Source: Steroidobacteraceae bacterium (GTDB lineage Bacteria; Pseudomonadota; Gammaproteobacteria; Steroidobacterales; Steroidobacteraceae). Taken from it: a stretch of DNA of 37,920 bases. Shown here one piece after another: positions 24,786 through 33,144 of the stretch. Within the stretch, counting starts at the first letter, position 1. The number at the start of each line of letters is the position of its first letter. Where the stretch lies: assembly GCA_041486385.1 (NCBI GenBank), contig JBGPLJ010000001.1, positions 1 through 37,920 on the forward strand, given 5' to 3'. The translations under genes were made by a program, and so were the position numbers. The notes beneath the pieces were generated by a model. The model did no database searches. It was not told where the DNA came from and saw nothing but the letters and a program-made list of their open reading frames with translations.

Positions 24786-25258
24786 GGGTCGGATTTATTC
24801 TTCCCGTTCGACGGTTTCGGCGGCGCTGGACAGGTTCCTCCTTCGCGCTCATCGCGCAAACGCGCATGAGAAATTCCGGCGGTGGACCGCTCGGAATTTC
24901 TCGCGATCCTTGCGCAAGCGGGCAATGAGGCGACGTGTTATCGCGGTGCCGTTCGACCTTGCCTGCCTCATTGCCAGCGCTCGCGCGGCGGCGTTTGCAA
25001 TGAGCGCGAAGGAGGAGCCCGTCGAGCGCCGCGGGGTCGCGCCTTCGCCGACCTGCGTGGACTCGCGCGATGAGGAGCCATTCGCCATCGCGAGTTTCGG
25101 GGAGGCGGGCGGCGGATGGGGTCTGGCAAGCCCGGTCTGGCGATGTTCGCGGGCAGGCCGTGTAAGGGAAGTTGAGTTTGAACGCTGGAGCCGGGCGCAG
25201 ACATGGCCCCTCCGCTGACTCACTCCCCGAAACCGTCCATGGGAAAATCAGCCCGACC
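24786..25258. mobile_element. composite repeat: family B MITE (inverted relative to copy 1) carrying a nested family A MITE
   Basis: The outer ends GGGTCGGATTTATTCTTCCCGTTCGACGGTTTCGG (24786-) and CCGAAACCGTCCATGGGAAAATCAGCCCGACC (-25258) form ~33-nt inverted repeats of the B type. Family A lies at 24819-25036 and the B core at about 25060-25225. The element spans the whole gap between convergent genes. Confidence 0.65.
24819..25036. mobile_element. MITE-like repeat, family A, copy 2 (nested, reverse orientation)
   Basis: Its reverse complement aligns to 3516-3733 with about 14-15 substitutions and no indels (hand alignment). It has the same internal hairpins. Confidence 0.7.
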
Positions 25259-25264
25259 GAGCGT

Positions 25265-27352
25265 TCACCACATATCTTTGAGCTTGGAGGCGATGTCGAG
25301 CTTCTGGCCCGCATCGGCGGCGAGGCGATCAGGCGACGGTGTGCCGTGGAAAGTCGTTGGCGCGAAACACTTCATCACGCGGTCCGACATGAAGCGGCTG
25401 CGCGCTCCATACACGTGCTTGTCGCCCGTCTTCGCCTGCTGCGTAACGTGGTACTTGAGCGGGCAGATGAGGTGCAGCTCGCTCTTCGCCCGCGTCATCG
25501 CCACGTAGAGAAGGCGCCGCTCCTCCTCGATGAGCTCGGGCTTGCCCGTCGAGAACTCCGAGGGAAAGCTGCCATCGTTCACGTTGAGCACGTAGACCGA
25601 TTCCCACTCCTGGCCTTTCGCCGAATGCACTGTCGACAGCACGACGTAGTCTTCGTCGAGGAGTGGCACGCCTGCCAGATCGCCGGTCGCTGCCGGTGGA
25701 TCGAGTGCGAGCTCGGTGAGAAAGCGCTCGCGCGAGGGGTACTGGGTCGACAGGCGATCGAGCTGCTCGACATCGGCCGCGCGCGTACGCGGCGCGTCGT
25801 ACAGCCGATCGATGTGCGGCGTGAACCATTCACGCACGCGCTGCGCCTGTCCGGGCCACGGCGTCGCCGGGTCGGCGATGAATTCCATCATGCGCATGAA
25901 GGGCCGCCAGGCTTCGATCGTCGCGGTCGGCGGCGTAAATTCGGCGAGCGCCTTGAAGGCGTTCTGCTTGGTCGCGAGAAAATCGATGCAGGCGCGCGAA
26001 TGCGCCGGACCCATCCCGGGCAGGAGCTGCAGCACGCGAAAGGCGGCGATTTGATTGCGCGGGTTTTCCGCCCAGCGCAGTACCGAGAGCACATCCTTGA
26101 CGTGCGCGGCCTCGAGGAATTTGAGGCCACCGTACTTCACGAACGGCACCTTGCGCTTCATCAGCTCGACTTCGAGCAGGTCGCTGTGATGCGAGCTGCG
26201 GAACAACACGGCATGCCGGCGCAACGCGACGCCCACTTCGCGCCCCGCGACAATGCGGTTCGCAACGTACTCCGCCTGTCCATGCAGATCGTCCACCGTC
26301 ACGTAGTACGGCTTCTGCGAGGATGCGCGCTGTGAGAACAGCGTCTTCTTGTGCTGCCGCGCGCCCTCCGCGATCAACGCGTTCGCCGCATCCAGAATCG
26401 GCTGGATCGACCGGTAGTTCTGCGCGAGCGTCACGCTTTCCGCGCGCGGCGTGTACTTGTCGGCGAAGCCGAGGATGTTTTCCACCGCGGCTGCGCGGAA
26501 TGAATAGATCGCCTGCGCATCGTCGCCGACGACCGTCATGCCGGTACCCTGCGGCTTCAGCGCGAGCAGGATGTCGCCCTGGAGTTTGTTCGTGTCCTGG
26601 TACTCGTCGACCAGCACGTGATCGAACTGCCCGCCGACCGCGGCCGCGACCTGCTTGTCGCTCATCATGATGTGCCAGTAGAGCAGCAGATCGTCGTAGT
26701 CGAGTACCGCGTTCTTCTGCTTGCGGCTGACGTATTCCCGGTAGAGCGCCGTGAGATCCGCCTCCCATTCAAGGCACCACGGATAGTAGCCTTCAAGCGT
26801 TGCCTTCAGCGGCTGCTGCGTATTGACCCGGTGCGAATAGATCGCGAGGCAGGTGTCCTTCTTGGGAAAGCGCTTGTCCTTGGCCGAGAAGCCGAGCTCA
26901 TGCCGCACCACATCCATGAGATCGGCGGAATCGCCACGATCCATGACGGTGAAGGCCGGATCGATGTTGAGTTGCCGCGAAAACTGGCGGATCAGGCGAT
27001 TCGCGACCGAATGGAAGGTTCCGGCCCAGCTCAGGCGTTGTGCGATGGTTTGACCGCCGCCGAGGCGCCGCGCCTTGGCGAGCACTTCGTTGACAACGTC
27101 CTGAGCCCGCCGCGCCATCTCCTGCGCTGCGCGCCGCGTGAATGTGAGCAGCAGAATCCGCCCTGGATCGACGCCCTGCAGGACGAGATAGGCGACGCGA
27201 TGGGCGAGCGTATCGGTCTTGCCTGTACCGGCGCCGGCGATGATAAGGAGCGGCCCGGCAGCGAAGCCGCCGCTTTCCTTTTTCGTTCCGTAGGAGGCCG
27301 CTCGACGCTGTTGAACGTTCAGTCGTTCGAAGACTTGGACCGCGTCGGACAT
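25265..27352 (-). CDS. UvrD/Rep/PcrA-family ATP-dependent DNA helicase
   Basis: Walker A is AGAGTGKT. It has helicase motifs TFHS, VDEYQDTN, VGDDAQAIYSFR, NYRS, STVHSAKGQEW and YVAMTRAK. 695 aa. Confidence 0.9.
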   Translation of the reverse strand: MSDAVQVFERLNVQQRRAASYGTKKESGGFAAGPLLIIAGAGTGKTDTLAHRVAYLVLQGVDPGRILLLTFTRRAAQEMARRAQDVVNEVLAKARRLGGGQTIAQRLSWAGTFHSVANRLIRQFSRQLNIDPAFTVMDRGDSADLMDVVRHELGFSAKDKRFPKKDTCLAIYSHRVNTQQPLKATLEGYYPWCLEWEADLTALYREYVSRKQKNAVLDYDDLLLYWHIMMSDKQVAAAVGGQFDHVLVDEYQDTNKLQGDILLALKPQGTGMTVVGDDAQAIYSFRAAAVENILGFADKYTPRAESVTLAQNYRSIQPILDAANALIAEGARQHKKTLFSQRASSQKPYYVTVDDLHGQAEYVANRIVAGREVGVALRRHAVLFRSSHHSDLLEVELMKRKVPFVKYGGLKFLEAAHVKDVLSVLRWAENPRNQIAAFRVLQLLPGMGPAHSRACIDFLATKQNAFKALAEFTPPTATIEAWRPFMRMMEFIADPATPWPGQAQRVREWFTPHIDRLYDAPRTRAADVEQLDRLSTQYPSRERFLTELALDPPAATGDLAGVPLLDEDYVVLSTVHSAKGQEWESVYVLNVNDGSFPSEFSTGKPELIEEERRLLYVAMTRAKSELHLICPLKYHVTQQAKTGDKHVYGARSRFMSDRVMKCFAPTTFHGTPSPDRLAADAGQKLDIASKLKDMW

Positions 27353-27362
27353 GTAATCACAC

Positions 27363-27368
27363 TATAAT
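27363..27368 (+). promoter_or_regulatory. consensus -10 hexamer TATAAT in the 42-bp divergent helicase/membrane-protein spacer
   Basis: A perfect TATAAT lies 26 nt upstream of ATG 27395. The opposite strand reads TATAGT 8 nt upstream of the helicase ATG, which would imply a near-leaderless helicase mRNA. No good -35 on either strand. Confidence 0.3.
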
Positions 27369-27394
27369 ACGACCGTGCCTCGCCGACCACGCTC

Positions 27395-27811
27395 ATGGAA
27401 CGTCTGACACCTACCGGATTCCTGCTACGCCTGGCGTTTGCGCTGGTGCTCGTGTTCGCCACTTACAATCCGGCGGGCCATTCATACCTGCATTGGTTCA
27501 TCAATGGATTGCCGAAAGTCACAGCCATCGAAGCTGCCGCAGGCCTCGGCCTGCTGATCGCGTGGGTGGTCTACGTGCACGCGACGCTCCGAGCGCTCGG
27601 AGGTCTCGGCCTGGTTCTGGCAGCGCTCGCACTTGGCGTCATTGTCTGGCTGTTGGTTTCGATGGGTTGGCTCGACCTGCAGAATCACGGCGCCCTCGGC
27701 TGGCTGCTGCTCGTAATGCTCGCCATCGTGCTGGCGATCGGCATGTCCTGGTCGCTCGCGAAGCGGCGGCTGACCGGTCAGGCGGACGTCGACGACGTCG
27801 ATCGGCGGTAG
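27395..27811 (+). CDS. small integral membrane protein (about 4 TM helices), family not recognised
   Basis: 138-aa ORF with helices FLLRLAFALVLVFATY, AAAGLGLLIAWVVYV, LGLVLAALALGVIVWLLV and LGWLLLVMLAIVLAIGM. Confidence 0.65.
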   Translation: MERLTPTGFLLRLAFALVLVFATYNPAGHSYLHWFINGLPKVTAIEAAAGLGLLIAWVVYVHATLRALGGLGLVLAALALGVIVWLLVSMGWLDLQNHGALGWLLLVMLAIVLAIGMSWSLAKRRLTGQADVDDVDRR

Positions 27812-27819
27812 GTCGAGCA

Positions 27820-28398
27820 GTGCCGCAACCGAAGCACATCACGGCTCTGGGTCTACGCCCCGGGAAGCGTCAGAAACTCCCGGCGGACCTCGCCAGGTAC
27901 TTCGCGCGCTGCGAGGAGAAGCTCGGCTTCGTTCCGAACGTCCTGAAAGCGTACAGCTTCAGCGAACCGAAGCTGCGCGCCTTCGTCGACCTGTACAACG
28001 ACCTGATGCTGGCCGACTCGCGCCTCTCGAAGCTCGAGCGCGAGATGATCGCCGTGGTCGTCTCATCGGCGAATCACTGTTACTACTGCCTGACGGCACA
28101 CGGCGCCGCCGTGCGGCAACTGTCGGGCGATCCGGAGCTTGGCGAGCTGCTCGTGATGAATTACCGGGCCGCGCCTCTGCCGCGCCGCCAGCGTGCGATG
28201 CTGGACTTCGCCCACAAGCTGACGACTCAGCCCGCTGACGTAGATGCGGCCGATCGCAGAAAGCTGAAAGCCGCCGGCTTCAATGCGCGCGATATCTGGG
28301 ACATCTCCTCGGTAGCCGCCTTTTTCAACATGTCGAATCGGATGGCGACCGCCGTCGACATGATGCCGAACGCCGAGTACCACGCGCTGGCGCGCTAG
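27820..28398 (+). CDS. carboxymuconolactone decarboxylase/AhpD-fold peroxidase-related protein
   Basis: GTG 27820 (reads M-PQPKHITAL) lies inside ORF 27493-28398. It has the redox motif SSANHCYYCLTAHG and typical flanking helices (LSKLEREMIAVVVS; AFFNMSNRMA). Confidence 0.8.
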   Translation: MPQPKHITALGLRPGKRQKLPADLARYFARCEEKLGFVPNVLKAYSFSEPKLRAFVDLYNDLMLADSRLSKLEREMIAVVVSSANHCYYCLTAHGAAVRQLSGDPELGELLVMNYRAAPLPRRQRAMLDFAHKLTTQPADVDAADRRKLKAAGFNARDIWDISSVAAFFNMSNRMATAVDMMPNAEYHALAR

Positions 28399-28414
28399 CT
28401 TCGGCCCGCAGCTC

Positions 28415-28930
28415 ATGACGCAGCACCAGAGAGTCTTCAGCGGCCGCATTGTCGCGGTCGACGTGGGCACAGTGTCGCTGCCGAATGGCACAGAGGCTAA
28501 TTTCGAAATCGTGCGTCATCCGGGCGGCGCGGCGATCGTTGCGGTCGATGCCAAACGGCGCGTGTGCCTGCTCAATCAATGGCGCCCGGCCGTCGAGCGC
28601 TGGATCTGCGAGTTGCCCGCCGGCAAGCTCGAGCCCGGCGACGATCCACGCCTGACCGCCGAGCGCGAGCTGCAGGAAGAAGCCGGCATCCATGCCAGTC
28701 ACTGGCAGTCGCTCGGCGCCGTCCTGAGTTCTCCCGGAGTCTTTACCGAGGTCGTTCATCTCTACCTCGCCACAGGGCTTGACGAAGTCGGCGCGCGGCC
28801 GGAAGCCCACGAGGTCTTTACCGTCGGCTGGGAGCCACTCGATGCAGCCTGCACTCGGGCGCTGGCGGGCGAAATCGTCGACTCCAAGACGGTGATCGGC
28901 TTGTTGCGCGCGCAAGCCGCATTGCGTTGA
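28415..28930 (+). CDS. NUDIX hydrolase (ADP-ribose pyrophosphatase-like)
   Basis: The Nudix box is PAGKLEPGDDPRLTAERELQEEAGI (G-x5-E-x7-R-E-x2-E-E-x-G). Confidence 0.85.
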   Translation: MTQHQRVFSGRIVAVDVGTVSLPNGTEANFEIVRHPGGAAIVAVDAKRRVCLLNQWRPAVERWICELPAGKLEPGDDPRLTAERELQEEAGIHASHWQSLGAVLSSPGVFTEVVHLYLATGLDEVGARPEAHEVFTVGWEPLDAACTRALAGEIVDSKTVIGLLRAQAALR

Positions 28931-28981
28931 AGTTCCGGGCACCTGCACATTCTCGGCGCCATGCCACAAATTCAATCTGCA

Positions 28982-29039
28982 TTGACTGCCTTTTGACATA
29001 TCGTCTTTTGACTTGTGATAGAAAACACGTCGCGACGTG
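28982..29039 (+). promoter_or_regulatory. A/T-rich putative promoter/operator region upstream of 29102
   Basis: TTGAC occurs at 28982, 28993 (as consensus TTGACA) and 29008, with a fourth at 29056. A/T-rich GATAGA/TAGAAA lies 18-20 nt after the TTGACA. The perfect 14-bp palindrome CACGTCGCGACGTG (29026-29039) sits immediately downstream. The -10 match is weak. Confidence 0.25.
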
Positions 29040-29101
29040 CCGTCTTATCCGTAACTTGACCCCCTGAATTGTGGAGGCAAGTGCCTTGGCACCGCGGGAA
29101 T

Positions 29102-29476
29102 ATGTCGAAGGACACACTGGATTTCATGCCCGAGCCGGAGAAGGCTGAAACGGGCCCGAAAAGCGGACGAGTGCGCCATGACGAGCGCGGCAATGCCGTG
29201 TGGGAGTGGGCGACCTCGACCGGCTCGTTCGCGCGCGACGTCAACACGCAGCGCCTGAAGCGTCTCGAGCACCCGGGTCTCGCCATCCTGGAGGACGCGA
29301 AACCGGCGCCTGCGGCGCAGGGCCAGGCGCAGGTCAACAAACAAGCGGGGCGTACGGGCTACGATCCGTATCAGAGCGAAGTCGTGGCCGGGAAGGCCAA
29401 GCCGAAGAAGACCGATCTGCGCGAGCTCTCCAAGTGGATCGAGTTGAAGAAGAAGGTCTCGGACAAGAAAGGCTGA
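29102..29476 (+). CDS. small basic hypothetical protein
   Basis: ATG 29102 (MSKDTLDF) lies inside ORF 29069-29476. The product is 124 aa, Lys-rich at the C-terminus (KAKPKKTDLRELSKWIELKKKVSDKKG), with a conserved-looking block RHDERGNAVWEWATSTG. No family recognised. Confidence 0.5.
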   Translation: MSKDTLDFMPEPEKAETGPKSGRVRHDERGNAVWEWATSTGSFARDVNTQRLKRLEHPGLAILEDAKPAPAAQGQAQVNKQAGRTGYDPYQSEVVAGKAKPKKTDLRELSKWIELKKKVSDKKG

Positions 29477-29487
29477 GGCGGTACGCT

Positions 29488-30153
29488 TCAGGCGTAACCG
29501 GCGATCTCGATGCGGCGCAGTTTGCTCGCCGTCCCCAATCGATAGAACGAACGTATCTCGCGCATGAAGGATTCCAGCGCGGGGCGGCGCCGTTTCAGAA
29601 ATCGTTCCTCGAGTCGCCGGCAATAGCGCGCGGCGTAGCCGTTCGCCGCCCGGTAGCGACCCAGCTGCTCGGCGTCGAGATTGCGGTCGAACACGGTGCG
29701 TTCGAACAGCCACTGATGCAACTGGGCTGGAAATCGCCCGGCGCTCTGCTCTCCCAGCAGGAACAGCGTTGCCACGTATTTGTCGACCTCAGCCTGGGTC
29801 TCGAGCTCGAGCTGTGTGACGGGCCGGTCGCGCTCCGCGCACCAGGTGACGTACAGGAAGTGGCTGACGCCCTCGAGCGCGGTCCAATAGTCGGCAAGGT
29901 TGTCCGCTGAAAGACGCAGAAACGGACAGTCGCAATGCAGCCGGCCCAGCACGGTCGCGTCGATATAGAGCGCGAGCCGCAGCCCTTCCGCATCCGCGCC
30001 GAGCAGCAGCTGCTCGTCACAGGAGCGCTGTACCGACGGCTGCGGCAGCGCCTGCAGCTCCCGGCGATCGGTCACCAGAAAATCGTAGACGTCGTACGCG
30101 CTCGCAACGTCGTAGATGCGGGCGAGCTGCGCTTGCAGGTGACTCAGCACCAT
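29488..30153 (-). CDS. hypothetical protein (second gene of an unknown two-gene operon)
   Basis: ATG 30153 (MVLSHLQAQLARIYDV) lies 10 nt after the upstream stop. The product is 221 aa and helical, with blocks LRLALYIDATVLGRL and NLADYWTALEGVSHFLYVTW...TQLELETQAEVDKYV. G/C-rich third positions. No motif recognised. Confidence 0.6.
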   Translation of the reverse strand: MVLSHLQAQLARIYDVASAYDVYDFLVTDRRELQALPQPSVQRSCDEQLLLGADAEGLRLALYIDATVLGRLHCDCPFLRLSADNLADYWTALEGVSHFLYVTWCAERDRPVTQLELETQAEVDKYVATLFLLGEQSAGRFPAQLHQWLFERTVFDRNLDAEQLGRYRAANGYAARYCRRLEERFLKRRRPALESFMREIRSFYRLGTASKLRRIEIAGYA

Positions 30154-30163
30154 GGGGTTATCT

Positions 30164-30796
30164 TCAGTGGCTATAGGGGCTGCGCGCGTTCGCGCTCGGA
30201 TCAACGCCCAGGCGCTGCAGAATGCCGTGGGCGCGCAGACTCCCCGTTTTCATCCAGATCTCGTAGAGCCTCAAGATGTCACGGTCGGTGTGGACATGGG
30301 CAATCTCGCTTACTTCATTCAGCGCATCGACGAAACGCTGAAATTTCTCCGCAAGCTCGCGAAAGATCGTCGCGAGCGCGCTGGCGCGGGTCGATGGACG
30401 CAGGCTCCCGGCGAGGGAGCCATAGGCCGAGCCGCCCATCGCAATGTGATAGTCGACATCGACGAGTTTGCAGGCGAAGCTCTGCGCAAAGAATCCCGCG
30501 ATGAAGAGCGAGACGTCGCCGATTCGCTGCAGCAGTTGCTGACGATAGCGGGCATCGGCGGCCGCGGCATCGGCGAGCATCGCCGCGAGCGGCCGTAATT
30601 TCGGTCCTTCGGGCGTCTGTTCGTAGAGCGCATCGGACCGTGCAAACTCGGTGAGGAGATTCACCACGTACTGCTCGGTTTCGGCCTCGACCGCGAGCTT
30701 CTGACGCGACATCGCCTCGCTGAGCGTATCGCGGAAGAATTCCCGCAGACTCCGCACCGCGACCAGCGACTCCGGCTTCGCTTCTTCCATGCCCAT
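30164..30796 (-). CDS. hypothetical protein (first gene of an unknown two-gene operon)
   Basis: The ATG is preceded by GGGAGG at -5. The product is 210 aa and predicted helical (LREFFRDTLSEAMSRQKLAVEAETEQYVVNLLTEF ... IGDVSLFIAGFFAQSF ... HIAMGGSAYGSLAG). No motif recognised. Confidence 0.65.
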   Translation of the reverse strand: MGMEEAKPESLVAVRSLREFFRDTLSEAMSRQKLAVEAETEQYVVNLLTEFARSDALYEQTPEGPKLRPLAAMLADAAAADARYRQQLLQRIGDVSLFIAGFFAQSFACKLVDVDYHIAMGGSAYGSLAGSLRPSTRASALATIFRELAEKFQRFVDALNEVSEIAHVHTDRDILRLYEIWMKTGSLRAHGILQRLGVDPSANARSPYSH

Positions 30797-30981
30797 GTTG
30801 CCTCCCGAAAGATGGCCAACGGACGCTTCACTTCAGTATGGATGAACGGCTGAAGCTAAGGTTCATGTAATTATGGAAAGCGCGGCTGTGACCGAGTTCG
30901 CGAATGTACGGATCAAATGGCCGCGAGACTCAGCAGGTGTGACCTGACGGCCGATAATTCGGGCCAGACGAGGAGCCGCAC

Positions 30982-31248
30982 GTGACCCAGGTCGCAACCG
31001 TTGCCGATATCGGAATCTATCTGTCCGCGCTCGAGAGCGCGCGTTCGGGCATGCAGCGCGGGATGCGCGGGCTCGAAGCGGATGCGCAGGCTGTCGCGCA
31101 CGCGAACGTCGGCCAGGGTGATCAGGTGAAAGATCTGTCGAATGCGCTGGTGAACGCGCTCGTCGATCGCATCCAGGTACAGGCGTCCGCGCGCATGATG
31201 CACACCGTCGGCCAGGCCATTGGCAGCTTGCTCGACGTGAAGGCCTGA
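30982..31248 (+). CDS. 88-aa protein resembling a miniature flagellar basal-body rod protein (rod N- and C-terminal-like segments)
   Basis: GTG 30982 has a strong GAGGAG 6 nt upstream. LSALESARSGMQRGMRGLEADAQAVAHANV resembles the rod-protein N-terminal motif. DLSNALVNALVDRIQVQASARMMHTVGQAIGSLLDVKA resembles the Flg_bbr_C-type C-terminal helix. Assignment is by resemblance only. Confidence 0.4.
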   Translation: MTQVATVADIGIYLSALESARSGMQRGMRGLEADAQAVAHANVGQGDQVKDLSNALVNALVDRIQVQASARMMHTVGQAIGSLLDVKA

Positions 31249-31256
31249 ACACTCTG

Positions 31257-31943
31257 CTACGGCGTCAGCCAATCGGCGAGTTCATGCAGATTCTTCACCG
31301 TTCGTAGCGGGGGCACCAGCTCCTCCGGCCAGGCTGCGCCGTTGCGATTGATCCACACCGCTTCAATACCGGCGCCGCGTGGACCCTCCACGTCGGCGAT
31401 CGGCTCATCGCCGATGTACAGCACGTTGCCCGCCGCGAGGCCCGCACCCGCCAGGAGCGAGGCGAAGATGCGCGCGTCGGGTTTGGCCCAGCCTACGGAG
31501 CGCGCGGTGACGATCAGCTCGAAGTGATGCGCGATGCCGATGCGTTTCAGGTCCGCATTGCCGTTCGTCAGCGCGAGCAGCCGGAAACCTGCGCCGAGCC
31601 GCTCGAGCGCCGGCAGCACATCGCTGTACAGCTCGACGGTGTTGCGCTGGGCATAGAATTCTTCGAACGCATGTTCGACCAGTTCAACCGGATAGCCCGC
31701 CTCCTCGGCATGTTCGTGCAAAGAGAGCTTGCGCAGCGCCGTGAAGTCATGGGCAAGATCGGGCCTGCGCTCGGCGAGCGCGAAGCGCCGCTCGCGCATG
31801 GCATCGATGGAATGCAGATCCGTGATCCGTGGATAGTGCGTTGCCAGCCAGGCGTGCAATGCCTGCTCCGCGCGCGCCATCACCGGCCCGATATCCCACA
31901 GGGTATTGTCGAGGTCGAAGGCCAGAGCCAGCGGTCGCCGCAT
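31257..31943 (-). CDS. HAD-superfamily hydrolase
   Basis: Motif I is FDLDNTLW, motif II is LTNGN, and motif IV is YIGDEPIADVEGPRGAGIEAVW. Confidence 0.85.
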   Translation of the reverse strand: MRRPLALAFDLDNTLWDIGPVMARAEQALHAWLATHYPRITDLHSIDAMRERRFALAERRPDLAHDFTALRKLSLHEHAEEAGYPVELVEHAFEEFYAQRNTVELYSDVLPALERLGAGFRLLALTNGNADLKRIGIAHHFELIVTARSVGWAKPDARIFASLLAGAGLAAGNVLYIGDEPIADVEGPRGAGIEAVWINRNGAAWPEELVPPLRTVKNLHELADWLTP

Positions 31944-31953
31944 GGTCGCTGCG

Positions 31954-33144
31954 CTAGAGAGCGGCGAGGCCGCGTTCGATGTCCGCCTTCAGATCGGCGA
32001 TGTCTTCGAGACCGACGGAAATACGCAGGAGGTTCGCGTTGATTCCGGCGCGCGCACGTTCCGCGGCGGTGATGCGGCCGTGCGTGGTGGTCGCTGGATG
32101 AGTGATCGTCGACTTGACGTCGCCGAGATTCGCGGTGATCGACAGCAGCCGCGTCGCGTCGATGAATCGCCAGGCAGCGGCCTGCTCACCGGCAACTTCA
32201 AACGAGACGATGCCGCCGAAGGCCGACTGTTGCCGGCGTGCCAGCTCGTGCTGGGGATGGGACGGCAGGCCCGCGTAGTAGACGCGCGTGACGCCGCGCT
32301 GGTGTTCGAGCCAGCTGGCGATGGCGAGCGCCGCGGCCGAGTGCGCGTGCATGCGTAGATCCAGGGTCTCGAGGCCCTTGAGAAACACCCAGGCATTGTG
32401 CGGGCTCATGCACGGACCCGCCGTGCGCATGAAGCCGAACACATCCCGGCCTACGAGCTCCTTGCCGCCCACGATCGCGCCGCCGACGCAGCGGCCCTGG
32501 CCATCGAGGTACTTGGTCGCCGAGTGAATGACGAGGTCCGCGCCCAGTTCAAACGGCTTCTGCAACGCCGGCGTGCAGAAGCAATTGTCGACTGCCAGCA
32601 GCGCGCCACCCTGATGCACGATGTCCGCGATCGCGCGAATGTCCGAGATTCCCGCGAGCGGATTGGAAGGCGTTTCGAGAAACGCGAGCCGGGTATTCGG
32701 GCGCAGGGCCTCGCGCCAGGCGGCGGGCCGATCCGCGGCAACGTAAGTCACTTCGACGCCGAACTTCACGAAATAGCGATTGATGAGATTGATGGTGGAG
32801 CCGAACACCGAATCGGAGCAGATCAGGTGATCGCCCGATTTCATCACCGTCATCACGAGCGAGAGAATGGCCGCCATTCCCGAGGATGTCGCGACGCAAC
32901 TTGCGCCGCCCTCGAGCGCCGCCAGGCGTTCCTCGAAGCAACGCACCGTCGGATTGGTAAAGCGCGAGTAGATGTTTCCGGGTTCGGCATCGCTGAAGCG
33001 CGCGGCCGCCTGCGCGGCGCTCTCGAACACGAAACTCGAGGTCGAAAAGATGGCCTCGCTGTGCTCACCTTCGTGAGTGCGGGTATAGCCGGCGCGTATC
33101 GCGAGCGTCGCCAACCGGTACTTGTGCTGATCGTCGTCCGACAT
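31954..33144 (-). CDS. metZ: O-succinylhomoserine sulfhydrylase (Cys/Met-metabolism PLP enzyme)
   Basis: ATG 33144 (MSDDDQHKYRLATLAIRAG) has GAAGGTG upstream. The PLP lysine is in HSATKYLDGQGR. The overall pattern TSSF.FESAAQAAARF...YSRFTNPT is typical of MetZ. Confidence 0.8.
   Translation of the reverse strand: MSDDDQHKYRLATLAIRAGYTRTHEGEHSEAIFSTSSFVFESAAQAAARFSDAEPGNIYSRFTNPTVRCFEERLAALEGGASCVATSSGMAAILSLVMTVMKSGDHLICSDSVFGSTINLINRYFVKFGVEVTYVAADRPAAWREALRPNTRLAFLETPSNPLAGISDIRAIADIVHQGGALLAVDNCFCTPALQKPFELGADLVIHSATKYLDGQGRCVGGAIVGGKELVGRDVFGFMRTAGPCMSPHNAWVFLKGLETLDLRMHAHSAAALAIASWLEHQRGVTRVYYAGLPSHPQHELARRQQSAFGGIVSFEVAGEQAAAWRFIDATRLLSITANLGDVKSTITHPATTTHGRITAAERARAGINANLLRISVGLEDIADLKADIERGLAAL

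Noticed and set aside
25172-26335. 387-aa ORF antisense to the UvrD-family helicase. Similar long antisense ORFs lie at 1398-2483, 18383-19303, 20918-21727, 21740-22759, 7538-8494 and 8431-9282.
   Set aside because: All overlap genes with strong motif support on the other strand, and none has a recognisable domain. Stop codons are depleted in the antisense frame because of GC3 bias.
25265-27352. UvrD-like helicase as part of a defence system (Gabija/other helicase-nuclease pairs)
   Set aside because: There is no adjacent nuclease, ATPase or other partner. The neighbours are a repeat element and a small membrane protein, and the motif set looks like a conventional chromosomal UvrD-family paralogue.
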